Below are positions 55,592-64,000 of a stretch of 64,000 nt of DNA, in pieces (the first letter of the stretch is position 1; every line of letters begins with the position of its first letter). The notes under the pieces are model-generated. The model did no database searches, was not told the DNA's origin, and saw only the letters and a list, made by a program, of their open reading frames with translations. The position numbers were made by a program, and so were the translations under genes. This DNA is from Betaproteobacteria bacterium RIFCSPLOWO2_02_64_14 (GTDB lineage: Bacteria > Pseudomonadota > Gammaproteobacteria > Burkholderiales > SG8-41), in contig MEQT01000068.1 in NCBI GenBank assembly GCA_001770325.1, forward strand, positions 26,741-90,740, written 5' to 3'.

Positions 55592-57486
55592 GCCATCCTG
55601 GCTCGCGCTCCGGCAAAGCCGCGTTTGGCGTGAACCAGCAGCACGGATATCGCGGCCGGTGTGACACCCGAGATCCGCGCGGCCTGGCCGATCGTCTCGG
55701 GCCGGACGCGATTCAACTTTTGCTGAACCTCGACCGACAGTCCGCCGACCTCGCGATAGTCGATATCCGCGGGCAATGGCACGTGTTCGTGAGCCTCGCG
55801 TCTCTCAACTTCCTCCTGTTGGCGGCTGATGTATCCGTGATACTTCGCCTGGATTTCGACCTGCTCGGCAATCTGCGCATCCTCTACCCCGGGGCCCGCC
55901 CCCGGTAGGCTCGTCAGCGCACCGTAGGACACTCCCGGTCGGCGCAGCAGATCCGCGAGCGTGTAATCGCGCTCGATGCCCTGTCCCAGCACTCTCACCG
56001 CATCGGCTTCAGGCAGCAGGCGCGGATTCACCCACGTCGACCTGAGCCGCTCCTGCTCCCGCGCCAGCGCATCGCGTTTGCGCGAAAACGCTTCCCACCG
56101 ATGATCATCGACCACTCCGAGCGAACGGCCGATTTCAGTGAGCCTGAGGTCTGCATTGTCCTCACGCAGGCTCAATCGATACTCCGCGCGGCTGGTGAAC
56201 ATGCGATAAGGCTCTGACACCCCGCGCGTAATGAGATCATCGACGAGCACCCCCAAATAGGCCTGGTCGCGCCTCGGGCACCAGGGCGTGCGGTCCTGCA
56301 CCGCGCGCGCGGCATTGATGCCCGCCAGCAATCCCTGGGCAGCGGCCTCTTCGTATCCGGTCGTGCCGTTGATCTGCCCGGCGAAATACAGTCCCGCGAT
56401 CGCCTTTGATTCGAGTGAGCTCTTGAGCCCCCGCGGATCGAAGTAGTCGTACTCGATGGCATAGCCCGGCCGCGTGATATGCGCGCGCTCGAGCCCCGTG
56501 ATCGAGCGCACAAGCCTGATCTGCACGTCAAACGGCAGGCTGGTCGATATGCCATTGGGATAGAACTCGTTCACCGTCAGTCCTTCCGGTTCGAGGAACA
56601 CCTGATGCGAGGACTTGTCGGAAAAACGATGTACCTTGTCCTCCACCGACGGGCAATAGCGCGGCCCGATTCCTTCGATCACGCCGGTGAACATGGGTGA
56701 TCGATCGAGCGCGCCTCTGATGATCTCGTGCGTATGCGTGTTCGTGTGCGTGATCCAGCATGGAACCTGCGCCGGATGCTGATCGCGCGCGCCCAGGAAA
56801 GAAAATACCGGCGCCGGGACATCGCCTGGCTGCGCTGTCAGGCACGAGAAATCGATGCTCCGGCCATCGATCCTCGGTGGCGTTCCGGTCTTCAGTCGCC
56901 CCACCGGCAAGTTCAACTCGCGCAGGCGGCGAGCGAGGCTTGCGGACGACGGATCGCCGGCGCGGCCCGCCTCGTAGCGCCGCAGTCCCACATGCACCAA
57001 ACCCGCCAGGAAAGTCCCGGCGGTCAGGACCACCGCGCGTGCATCGAATCGCAAGCCGATCTCGGTCCTCACACCCGTGACGTGGTCGTTCTCAATCGTA
57101 ATGTCATCGACCGCCTGCTGAAAAATCTGCAGATTCGCCTGATTCTCCAGGCGTGCCCGAATTGCCCCCCTGTAGAGGGTGCGATCCGCTTGCGCGCGTG
57201 TGGCGCGAACGGCTGGCCCCTTTCGTGAATTGAGGATGCGGAACTGGATGCCGGCTTCGTCGGCTGCGCGCGCCATGACTCCACCAAGTGCATCTATCTC
57301 CTTGACCAGGTGCCCTTTTCCGATTCCGCCTATGGACGGATTGCAGGACATTTGACCCAAGGTTTCGATATTGTGTGTCAGCAACAGGGTGCGGCACCCC
57401 GTGCGGGCTGCGGCAAGTGCTGCCTCGGTCCCCGCGTGGCCGCCGCCAACCACAATTAGGTCATATTTTTCAGTAAATTGAGACAT
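55588..57486 (-). CDS. mnmG: tRNA uridine-5-carboxymethylaminomethyl modification enzyme MnmG (GidA)
   Basis: 632 aa with N-terminal FAD motif [16 protein letters not shown]. It is collinear with GidA. Confidence 0.95.
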   Translation of the reverse strand: MSQFTEKYDLIVVGGGHAGTEAALAAARTGCRTLLLTHNIETLGQMSCNPSIGGIGKGHLVKEIDALGGVMARAADEAGIQFRILNSRKGPAVRATRAQADRTLYRGAIRARLENQANLQIFQQAVDDITIENDHVTGVRTEIGLRFDARAVVLTAGTFLAGLVHVGLRRYEAGRAGDPSSASLARRLRELNLPVGRLKTGTPPRIDGRSIDFSCLTAQPGDVPAPVFSFLGARDQHPAQVPCWITHTNTHTHEIIRGALDRSPMFTGVIEGIGPRYCPSVEDKVHRFSDKSSHQVFLEPEGLTVNEFYPNGISTSLPFDVQIRLVRSITGLERAHITRPGYAIEYDYFDPRGLKSSLESKAIAGLYFAGQINGTTGYEEAAAQGLLAGINAARAVQDRTPWCPRRDQAYLGVLVDDLITRGVSEPYRMFTSRAEYRLSLREDNADLRLTEIGRSLGVVDDHRWEAFSRKRDALAREQERLRSTWVNPRLLPEADAVRVLGQGIERDYTLADLLRRPGVSYGALTSLPGAGPGVEDAQIAEQVEIQAKYHGYISRQQEEVERREAHEHVPLPADIDYREVGGLSVEVQQKLNRVRPETIGQAARISGVTPAAISVLLVHAKRGFAGARARMA

Positions 57487-57576
57487 GTATTAGATCTCGC
57501 GTCACCAGTGGAATGATACCGTATTTCACGATCCCCATGAAGTAACCATGTTGGCGAATCCACAGCACGGTCGCGA

Positions 57577-57592
57577 TGTTTCACGTGGAACC
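57577..57592. other. parS: parS centromere-like site
   Basis: TGTTTCACGTGGAACC. Its reverse complement GGTTCCACGTGAAACA matches the consensus TGTTNCACGTGAAACA at 15 of 16 positions. It lies in the mnmE-mnmG spacer, about 3.4 kb from parB. Confidence 0.75.
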
Positions 57593-57599
57593 GTAAAGG

Positions 57600-58940
57600 C
57601 TATTTACCGATGCAAAATCGGGAAAAAATGTTTGCCAGTAAATCGTCCACGGAAAATTCGCCTGTAATGCTGGAGAGACTGAGTTGCGCGAGCCGCAGCT
57701 CCTCCGCTACGAACTCGAGCTGCTCCGGGTGCCTTTCAGCCTCCCGCACGTGCGCCTGGGCCCTACCTAGTGCATCCAGGTGACGTTCCCGCGCGAGATA
57801 CAGCCCTTCGTAAGTACCCTTCCAGCCGGCAGCCTCCAGTAATACGCCCCTCAAAAGATCTATACCTGCGCCGGTCTTTGCAGACACCCAGACCGTGATC
57901 GTTTCGCCGACCCGTTCGACCCGTGGAGTTTCCGGTGCCAAGTCAACCTTATTCATAACCTTGATGCAGGGAAGTTTCGCCGGAAGACGCTCGAGAATCG
58001 TCGCGTCCTCTTTTGTCTCACCGCGCCGGACATCGATTATTAGAACCACCAGATCGCCGCGCGCAATCGCCTCCCACGTTCGGGCGATGCCCAGACTTTC
58101 AACCACATCAGTCGGCGTGCGAAGGCCCGCCGTATCCAAGATTCGCACGGGAATTCCATCCAAGTCGATTACCTGCCTGATAACGTCACGTGTCGTTCCC
58201 GGAACCTCGGTCACAATCGCGAGATCTTCTCCTGCCAGGCGGTTCAACAAACTCGATTTCCCGACGTTAGGTTGCCCAGCCAGCACCACATCCATGCCCT
58301 CGCGCAGCAAAGCACCCTGCTGCGAAGCTTCCAGCACAGCCTCAATTTTCTGCAAGACGCCCCGGAGCCGCGCTTGGATATCAATGCCAGCTACGGTATC
58401 CACGTCCTCTTCAGGAAAATCCAAATTCGCCTCCACGAGCGTCCTCAGGTCGATGAGGTAAACTATAACTGATTGAATTTGCGAGGAAAACTCTCCAGAC
58501 AGCGACCGCACAGCGCAGCGCGCCGCTTGCTCTGTGGCGGCATCGATCAGATCGATGACGCCCTCCGCCTGCGCGAGATCGATCCTGTCATTCAGAAACG
58601 CGCGCTGCGTAAACTCGCCCGGTCGCGCGACTCGCGCTCCGAGTTCGAGGCAGCGCCGCAGCAACAGTCGCAGCACTACGGGCCCGCCATGCCCATGGAG
58701 TTCCAGCACGTCTTCGCCGGTATAGGAATGGGGTGTGGGGAAGTAAATCGCAATTCCCCGGTCGATCGCCACGTCCTTGTCATCGTGGAACTCGCACAGC
58801 ACGGCGCGCCGACCGGGCAGCGTACGTCCGATCAGGGCTTCAGTGAGCCACTGGAGGCTTGAGCCGGAAAGGCGCACGATGCCGATCGCTGCGCGCCCGG
58901 GCGCCGTCGCGATAGCGGCAATGATTTCTGAGTGTGCCAT
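57600..58940 (-). CDS. mnmE: tRNA modification GTPase MnmE (TrmE)
   Basis: 446 aa with G-domain motifs GQPNVGKSS and DTAGLR, and the C-terminal FCIGK. Confidence 0.95.
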   Translation of the reverse strand: MAHSEIIAAIATAPGRAAIGIVRLSGSSLQWLTEALIGRTLPGRRAVLCEFHDDKDVAIDRGIAIYFPTPHSYTGEDVLELHGHGGPVVLRLLLRRCLELGARVARPGEFTQRAFLNDRIDLAQAEGVIDLIDAATEQAARCAVRSLSGEFSSQIQSVIVYLIDLRTLVEANLDFPEEDVDTVAGIDIQARLRGVLQKIEAVLEASQQGALLREGMDVVLAGQPNVGKSSLLNRLAGEDLAIVTEVPGTTRDVIRQVIDLDGIPVRILDTAGLRTPTDVVESLGIARTWEAIARGDLVVLIIDVRRGETKEDATILERLPAKLPCIKVMNKVDLAPETPRVERVGETITVWVSAKTGAGIDLLRGVLLEAAGWKGTYEGLYLARERHLDALGRAQAHVREAERHPEQLEFVAEELRLAQLSLSSITGEFSVDDLLANIFSRFCIGK

Positions 58941-58977
58941 CGGCGGCGAGTATACCGCCGCGAATCTGCCGGCGGAG

Positions 58978-60639
58978 CTACCCCTTGCCGGGGTGCTTGA
59001 CGTTGCCGCGCTCGAGAACGCGGTTGATGTGCCACTGCTGGAGTATGGACAGCACGTTGTTCACGAGCCAGTACAACACCAAGCCAGCAGGAAAGAAGAA
59101 GAAAAATATACTGAACGCGACCGGCATGATCTTCATGACCTTGGCCTGCACCGGATCCGGCGGTTCAGGGTTAAGTTTGGTCTGAATGATCATCGTCGCC
59201 CCCATCAACACGGGCAAGATGAACCATGGATCGGGGCTCGAGAGGTCATCGATCCAAAGCATGAAGGGCGCATGGCGCAACTCCACGCTCGCCAGTAGAA
59301 CCCAGTAAAGGGCAATGAAGACAGGTATCTGCACGACGATCGGCAGGCAACCCCCGAGAGGATTGACTTTTTCCGTCTTGTACAGGCCCATCATGGCTTG
59401 CTGTAACCGCTGGCGGTCATCGCCGTATTGCTCCTTCAGGCGCTGCAACTTGGGCGCGAGCACCCGCATCTTGCCCATCGAGCGATAACTCGCCTCCGAC
59501 AGCGGATAGAAAGCGAGCTTGATCAGGACCGTGAGCAAGATGATGGCCATACCCCAATTCCCTACCAATCCATACATCCACGCCAGCACCCAGAACAAGG
59601 GCACCGCAATTACCGTCAGCCACCCATAGTCCACGGCTAGGTCCAGGCCCGGGGCGAGCCGATCCAGCTTGTCCTGTTCTTGGGGTCCGGCGTAAAGGGC
59701 TATCGCGATGCTTCCAGTGCTCCCGGGCGCCACGGTGCCGACCGGCACGATCACCCCTGCGGCGTACAGGCCGCCTTCCAGGTAGCGCGTATAAAACTCG
59801 CGGGGCGCGCCAGGCTTTGCCAACCACGCACTCAAGAAATAGTGTTGCAGCACGGCTATCCAGCCGTCCGCGCTGTTCTTCGCGTGTGACGCCTTTCCCT
59901 TTTCGATGTCGGAAAACGTCAGCTTCTGGAACTTCTCCTTGTCGGTGTAGACCGCCACGCCGGTGAACGTAGGCAACATTGCGGAATCGCCCGCGGGCGG
60001 CTTGCTGTCCCGCAGCATCTGGAAATACGCATGGGATTGCAGTTCGCCGGGGCCGGGATTGCGAATCTGGTGTTCAATGTCGATCACGTAACTGCCTCGA
60101 CGGAAACGATAGATTTTCGCCGCCCCCGCGCTATCCGCGGCTTCGAGGCGCACCTCCAGCGTGTCAGCGCCGGCGGCGAGGCGATACTCGCGCGAACCCG
60201 TGCTATACACGCTACGGTGATTCGGCAGCCCCGCGCCGATGAAGCCGGACTGCGCCACGTAGACATGGTCCGGCTGCCTTTGAAAAAGCACGAAGCTCCT
60301 GCTCTTGTCGACCGTGTCCCTGTGCTGCTTGAACTCCAGCCGCAGTAAGTCACCCCCGAGCGTACTGACCTCGGCGCGCACCAGGTCCGTCTCGATCCGG
60401 ATGCTTTCGCCCCGCTCCGCCGGCCCGGCGCCCTCCGGCGGCTTCGCGCTCTGTGCGGACGTCACTTTGTCCGGAGTGGGCACCGGCACCGGCGACCCGC
60501 CCTTCTGTTCGGGCTTCGCCGCTGTTTCCTTCGTCGCCGGAGCTGGCGCTCCGCCCTGTTGATCACGCTGCCACGCGTCGTACAGCAAGAACACGGAGAA
60601 TGAAAACACGAAAAACAGGATTAATCGCTGCGAGTCCAT
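58978..60639 (-). CDS. yidC: Membrane protein insertase YidC
   Basis: 553 aa with an N-terminal TM helix, a large periplasmic domain and the conserved C-terminal TM core (PLGGCLPIVVQIPVFIALYWVL). Confidence 0.95.
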   Translation of the reverse strand: MDSQRLILFFVFSFSVFLLYDAWQRDQQGGAPAPATKETAAKPEQKGGSPVPVPTPDKVTSAQSAKPPEGAGPAERGESIRIETDLVRAEVSTLGGDLLRLEFKQHRDTVDKSRSFVLFQRQPDHVYVAQSGFIGAGLPNHRSVYSTGSREYRLAAGADTLEVRLEAADSAGAAKIYRFRRGSYVIDIEHQIRNPGPGELQSHAYFQMLRDSKPPAGDSAMLPTFTGVAVYTDKEKFQKLTFSDIEKGKASHAKNSADGWIAVLQHYFLSAWLAKPGAPREFYTRYLEGGLYAAGVIVPVGTVAPGSTGSIAIALYAGPQEQDKLDRLAPGLDLAVDYGWLTVIAVPLFWVLAWMYGLVGNWGMAIILLTVLIKLAFYPLSEASYRSMGKMRVLAPKLQRLKEQYGDDRQRLQQAMMGLYKTEKVNPLGGCLPIVVQIPVFIALYWVLLASVELRHAPFMLWIDDLSSPDPWFILPVLMGATMIIQTKLNPEPPDPVQAKVMKIMPVAFSIFFFFFPAGLVLYWLVNNVLSILQQWHINRVLERGNVKHPGKG

Positions 60640-60651
60640 GCCTTCACCCGA

Positions 60652-60987
60652 CTACCGCTGCCGCTCCTGCATGATCTGCCCAAGCATCGCGGCAAGCCCC
60701 CCGCGCGCGGCGCGCGCCCTGGTACGCCCCCAGGCGCTTCGCACCTGGACCACTACGTCCGCTGGTGGCAGTGCGCCATGCACGGCTCGAAACGTCTCGC
60801 GCACCATACGCTTTGCACGGTTGCGGTCAACCGCACGCCCGAGCACTTTACTGCTCACGATGATACCGAGCCGCGCTGGCCCGGCCGGCCGGGCCAGTGC
60901 ACGCACGATGAAACAAGGACTCACGAGCGCCGGCAGCGGTGACGCGAGAACTGCCTCGAACTCGCCGCGCCGCCGCAGCTTTTCCAT
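60652..60987 (-). CDS. rnpA: RNase P protein component
   Basis: 111-aa basic protein with RLGIIVSSKVLGRAVDRNRAKR (RNR motif region). It lies between rpmH and yidC. Confidence 0.88.
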   Translation of the reverse strand: MEKLRRRGEFEAVLASPLPALVSPCFIVRALARPAGPARLGIIVSSKVLGRAVDRNRAKRMVRETFRAVHGALPPADVVVQVRSAWGRTRARAARGGLAAMLGQIMQERQR

Positions 60988-61028
60988 GCGCCCCGGTGAA
61001 GACGAAGACGGGCGCCCGAGCGTCGTGC

Positions 61029-61163
61029 TCAGACCGCGAGACGGGCGCGCCCTTTCGCGCGCCGCGCCCGCACCACTGCTCTGCCGCCGCGCGTCTTCAT
61101 CCGGACGCGAAACCCGTGGGTGCGCTTGCGACGGGTCTTTGACGGCTGATAGGTCCTCTTCAT
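61029..61163 (-). CDS. rpmH: 50S ribosomal protein L34
   Basis: This gene is below the ORF-track size cut-off. My hand translation of the minus strand gives [44 protein letters not shown] (44 aa, TGA stop), the canonical L34 sequence. Confidence 0.93.
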   Translation of the reverse strand: MKRTYQPSKTRRKRTHGFRVRMKTRGGRAVVRARRAKGRARLAV

Positions 61164-61361
61164 GGTCTCTGCGTCCCTGGCCAAGTGAAAAAGCGTGGTA
61201 TTACACCCTTAGTCCCGAGCCCGTGTCAATTGGAGTCTCGCGATCGGTGCAGCCCTTGCTGTAAGAAACTTCGCGTGTGGATGGGCCGGGGTAAAACCGG
61301 TAAAATCCCCCTCATTCCCCGCTTCCTTGCCACCCCAACATAACACGCTTTCATCCAAGCA

Positions 61362-62687
61362 ATGAAGAATTTCTGGCGCCATTGCCTCACCCGCTTGGAA
61401 CAAGAACTTCCCCAGCAGCAATTCCGCAGTTGGATACAACCGCTGCACTGCAAATTGGACGGAAACATCATTGTCCTGACCGCGCCGAATCGCTTCGTCC
61501 TGCAATGGGTGAGAGACAGGTTTCTCGCGCGCATTCAGGAGCTCGCGGCCGGCGAGATCGGCGAGGGTGTCGAAGTTCAGTTGCGCCTTGGTGAAAAAAC
61601 CGCCTCCTCCGGCGCTGCACCGCCCGCCCAGGCCGAGCCGCCCGCGCCGCGATCCAACGCACGCGAGATCTCGCGACTCAACAACTCGTTCACATTCGAT
61701 ACGTTCGTAACCGGCAAGGCGAACGAACTCGCACGAGCCGCTGCAACCCAGGTCGCAGAGCGGCCCGGTACAGCTTACAACCCTCTGTTCATCTATGGCG
61801 GCGTCGGACTCGGGAAAACCCATCTCATCCACGCCATCGGTAACGCCGTCAAGGCACGCGCGCCCGACAGCAAGATCCGCTACATTCATGCCGAGCAGTA
61901 CGTGTCGGATGTAGTACGGGCATACCAGCACAAGGCGTTCGACGACTTCAAGCGCTACTACCACTCCCTGGACCTGCTGCTGATCGACGACATTCAGTTC
62001 TTTGGAGGGAAGAACCGTACGCAGGAAGAATTCTTTTATGCCTTCAACGCGCTTATCGAGGCGCGCAAACAACTGGTGATTTCCTGCGATACCTATCCGC
62101 GGGAGATGTCGGGAATCGAAAACCGTCTGATTTCCCGCTTTGGCTGGGGACTGACGGTATCCGTGGAGCCGCCTGAACTCGAGATGCGTGTGGCAATTCT
62201 CCTGAAGAAGGCCGAGGCGGAAGGCATCAGCCTGGACGAGCCCGTGGCTTTTTTCCTTGCGAAACACGTTCAGTCAAACGTGCGCGAACTTGAAGGCGCC
62301 CTCAAGCGTGTGCTTGCGTACTCCCGCTTTGCTGGCCAGGAGATTTCCGTTGAAGTTTGCCGCGAAGCGCTGCGCGACCTCCTGGCAACGCACAACCGTC
62401 AGATCTCCATAGAAAACATCCAGCGCACAGTGGCCGACTTTTATAAGATCAAGGTCTCCGAGATGTATTCCAAGAAACGCAGCCGCAACGTGGCGCGTCC
62501 GCGCCAGGTCGCCATGGCGCTGGCAAAGGAACTCACTCAATTGAGTCTTCCGGACATCGGCGAGGCATTCGGCGGGCGCGATCACACCACAGTCCTGCAC
62601 GCCTGCCGGAAAATCGCGCTTCTGCGCTCGAGCAGCAGCGATCTTACGCGGGACATTAATTCTTTGCTCAAGGTCCTGCGCAATTGA
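61362..62687 (+). CDS. dnaA: Chromosomal replication initiator DnaA
   Basis: 441 aa with AAA+ Walker [11 protein letters not shown], the box VII region and the C-terminal DNA-binding helix ([12 protein letters not shown]). Confidence 0.97.
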   Translation: MKNFWRHCLTRLEQELPQQQFRSWIQPLHCKLDGNIIVLTAPNRFVLQWVRDRFLARIQELAAGEIGEGVEVQLRLGEKTASSGAAPPAQAEPPAPRSNAREISRLNNSFTFDTFVTGKANELARAAATQVAERPGTAYNPLFIYGGVGLGKTHLIHAIGNAVKARAPDSKIRYIHAEQYVSDVVRAYQHKAFDDFKRYYHSLDLLLIDDIQFFGGKNRTQEEFFYAFNALIEARKQLVISCDTYPREMSGIENRLISRFGWGLTVSVEPPELEMRVAILLKKAEAEGISLDEPVAFFLAKHVQSNVRELEGALKRVLAYSRFAGQEISVEVCREALRDLLATHNRQISIENIQRTVADFYKIKVSEMYSKKRSRNVARPRQVAMALAKELTQLSLPDIGEAFGGRDHTTVLHACRKIALLRSSSSDLTRDINSLLKVLRN

Positions 62688-62705
62688 TCAACAGCATGTA
62701 TGGTT

Positions 62706-62714
62706 TGTGCATAA
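62706..62714. promoter_or_regulatory. DnaA box (8/9) in the dnaA-dnaN spacer
   Basis: TGTGCATAA is the reverse complement of TTATGCACA. A weaker box TGGTCCACA lies at 62775-83. An AT-rich tract at 62846-62883 contains a CTTATTA direct repeat. Confidence 0.45.
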
Positions 62715-62883
62715 CCGCGCTTTCCCGGGAGGCGTCCCGATTCATCAACAAACCATCCTCCCTTCTCATCACCATGGTCCACAGGACATTTTGCACCGAT
62801 GTTCCTGATCAGCAAGGAACTAACCACTTACCCCCCGGTTTAGCCGTGCTTATTAATACTTATTACTTAGAAAAGTAAGATAT

Positions 62884-63993
62884 ATGAAGCTGCTCAAGAT
62901 CGAGCGCGATGCCTTCCTCGCACCACTGGCTGCAGTTTCCGGAATCGTCGAGAAACGGCATACGCTGCCAATACTCTCAAATGTCCTCCTGGATTGCAGG
63001 AAGGACGAAGTACTTCTGACGGCGACAGACCTGGAGATACAGATCTCCACGACTTGTCACGCCGCGGGCGCCAATGCAGATGATTCGCGGGTGACTGTTG
63101 CCGCGCGGAAGTTGCAGGACATTCTCCGCGCTTTGCCAGAAGAAGCGAAAGCGACACTGGAGATACAGGGTAATCGCATGCTGGTAAAGACCGCCAGCAG
63201 CCGCTTCAGCCTGCAAACGCTCCCGGCAGCCGATTTTCCCGTCATGGCTGACGGAGGTTCACGGCTGACGAGGGTGAATCTGCCACAGGGCCAGTTGAGG
63301 GAGCTTTTCCACCTGGTTCACTACGCCATGGCGCAGCAGGACATTCGCTACTATCTGAATGGTTTGTTGCTCGTGGTGGAAGGTAGTGAGCTGCGCGTAG
63401 TTGCAACCGATGGACACCGGTTGAGTTATGCAGCAGGCGCGATCTCCAGCCAGGAGGAGAAGAGGGAAGTCATTCTGCCCCGCAAGGCGGTGCAGGAGCT
63501 GGTGAAACTGCTTGCCGACAGCGACGAGGAGATAGCGATCGACCTGTTTCCATCCCAGGTGCGGTTCGTGTTCGGAAAAATCGAGCTCGTGACCAAGGTG
63601 ATCGACGGCAAGTTCCCCGACTATGGTCGGGTCATACCCGTCAACTACCGGAACCAGATAGCCCTCTCGCGTGCGGGGTTGCAACAGGCTCTGCAGCGCG
63701 CCGCCATACTTTCGAACGACAAGGTGCGCGGCGTGCGCTGGCTGCTCACGACCAACATCCTGAAGATTTCATGCAGCAACAACGAGCAGGAGGAAGCCCA
63801 GGAGGAACTGGAGGTCCAATACGCGGGCGACCCTCTGGATATCGGGTTCAACGTGAACTACCTCCTCGATGTCCTCGCCAACGTTTCGAGCGAAACCGTC
63901 AATTGCTCGTTCGGCGAAGCGACCAGCAGCATGCTGGTCACCGTGCCGGACAAGCCCGATTTCAAGTATGTCGTGATGCCGATGCGGATCTAG
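62884..63993 (+). CDS. dnaN: DNA polymerase III beta sliding clamp
   Basis: 369 aa. MKLLKIERDAFLAPLAAVSGIVEKRHTLPILSNVLL and the C-terminal MPMRI are typical DnaN. Confidence 0.96.
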   Translation: MKLLKIERDAFLAPLAAVSGIVEKRHTLPILSNVLLDCRKDEVLLTATDLEIQISTTCHAAGANADDSRVTVAARKLQDILRALPEEAKATLEIQGNRMLVKTASSRFSLQTLPAADFPVMADGGSRLTRVNLPQGQLRELFHLVHYAMAQQDIRYYLNGLLLVVEGSELRVVATDGHRLSYAAGAISSQEEKREVILPRKAVQELVKLLADSDEEIAIDLFPSQVRFVFGKIELVTKVIDGKFPDYGRVIPVNYRNQIALSRAGLQQALQRAAILSNDKVRGVRWLLTTNILKISCSNNEQEEAQEELEVQYAGDPLDIGFNVNYLLDVLANVSSETVNCSFGEATSSMLVTVPDKPDFKYVVMPMRI

Positions 63994-64000
63994 TCGTCCG

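Noticed and set aside
57487-57599. The mnmG-proximal spacer as oriC, by analogy with the E. coli gidA-mioC region.
   Set aside because: It is only 113 bp, with one 7/9 DnaA-box-like 9-mer and no AT-rich unwinding region. Its clear feature is the parS site.

Overview
GC-rich proteobacterial chromosome segment next to the replication origin. It is almost saturated with housekeeping genes, and I can name about 60 CDS from their translations. Order, left to right: ubiH-pepP, murU-amgK (minus strand); lptD-surA-pdxA-rsmA (plus); a frameshifted gloA and a rubredoxin (minus); thiD-thiE-hemL; cytochrome c4; engB; hemB; a hypothetical protein plus mrcA/ponA, divergent from pilMNOPQ-aroK-aroB-dgt; gltBD; hemE; priA; argS; a SPOR protein; two tandem dsbA; then a long minus-strand block glmS-glmU-glpD-atpCDGAHFEBI-parBA-rsmG-mnmG-mnmE-yidC-rnpA-rpmH; and divergently dnaA-dnaN. 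The synteny resembles Pseudomonas and betaproteobacteria. I see no defence island, prophage, CRISPR array, toxin-antitoxin pair or unexplained multi-gene cassette, so by gene content this is an ordinary core region. The signals worth a second look are non-coding. (1) A 271-bp element with perfect 21-bp terminal inverted repeats and nested dyad symmetry sits between atpG and atpD; removing it restores a clean empty site. (2) The gltD-hemE spacer carries inverted arrays of 7-bp repeats whose unit is the half-parS heptamer GTTTCAC. (3) The glmU-glmS spacer has an architecturally similar heptad array. (4) A 15/16 parS site lies between mnmE and mnmG. (5) gloA is broken by a frameshifting deletion. 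(6) A perfect DnaA box, paired with an inverted weaker box and an AT-rich tract, lies upstream of priA, while the dnaA-flanking spacers have only weak DnaA boxes. Most other listed ORFs are antisense or out-of-frame shadows typical of GC-rich DNA.
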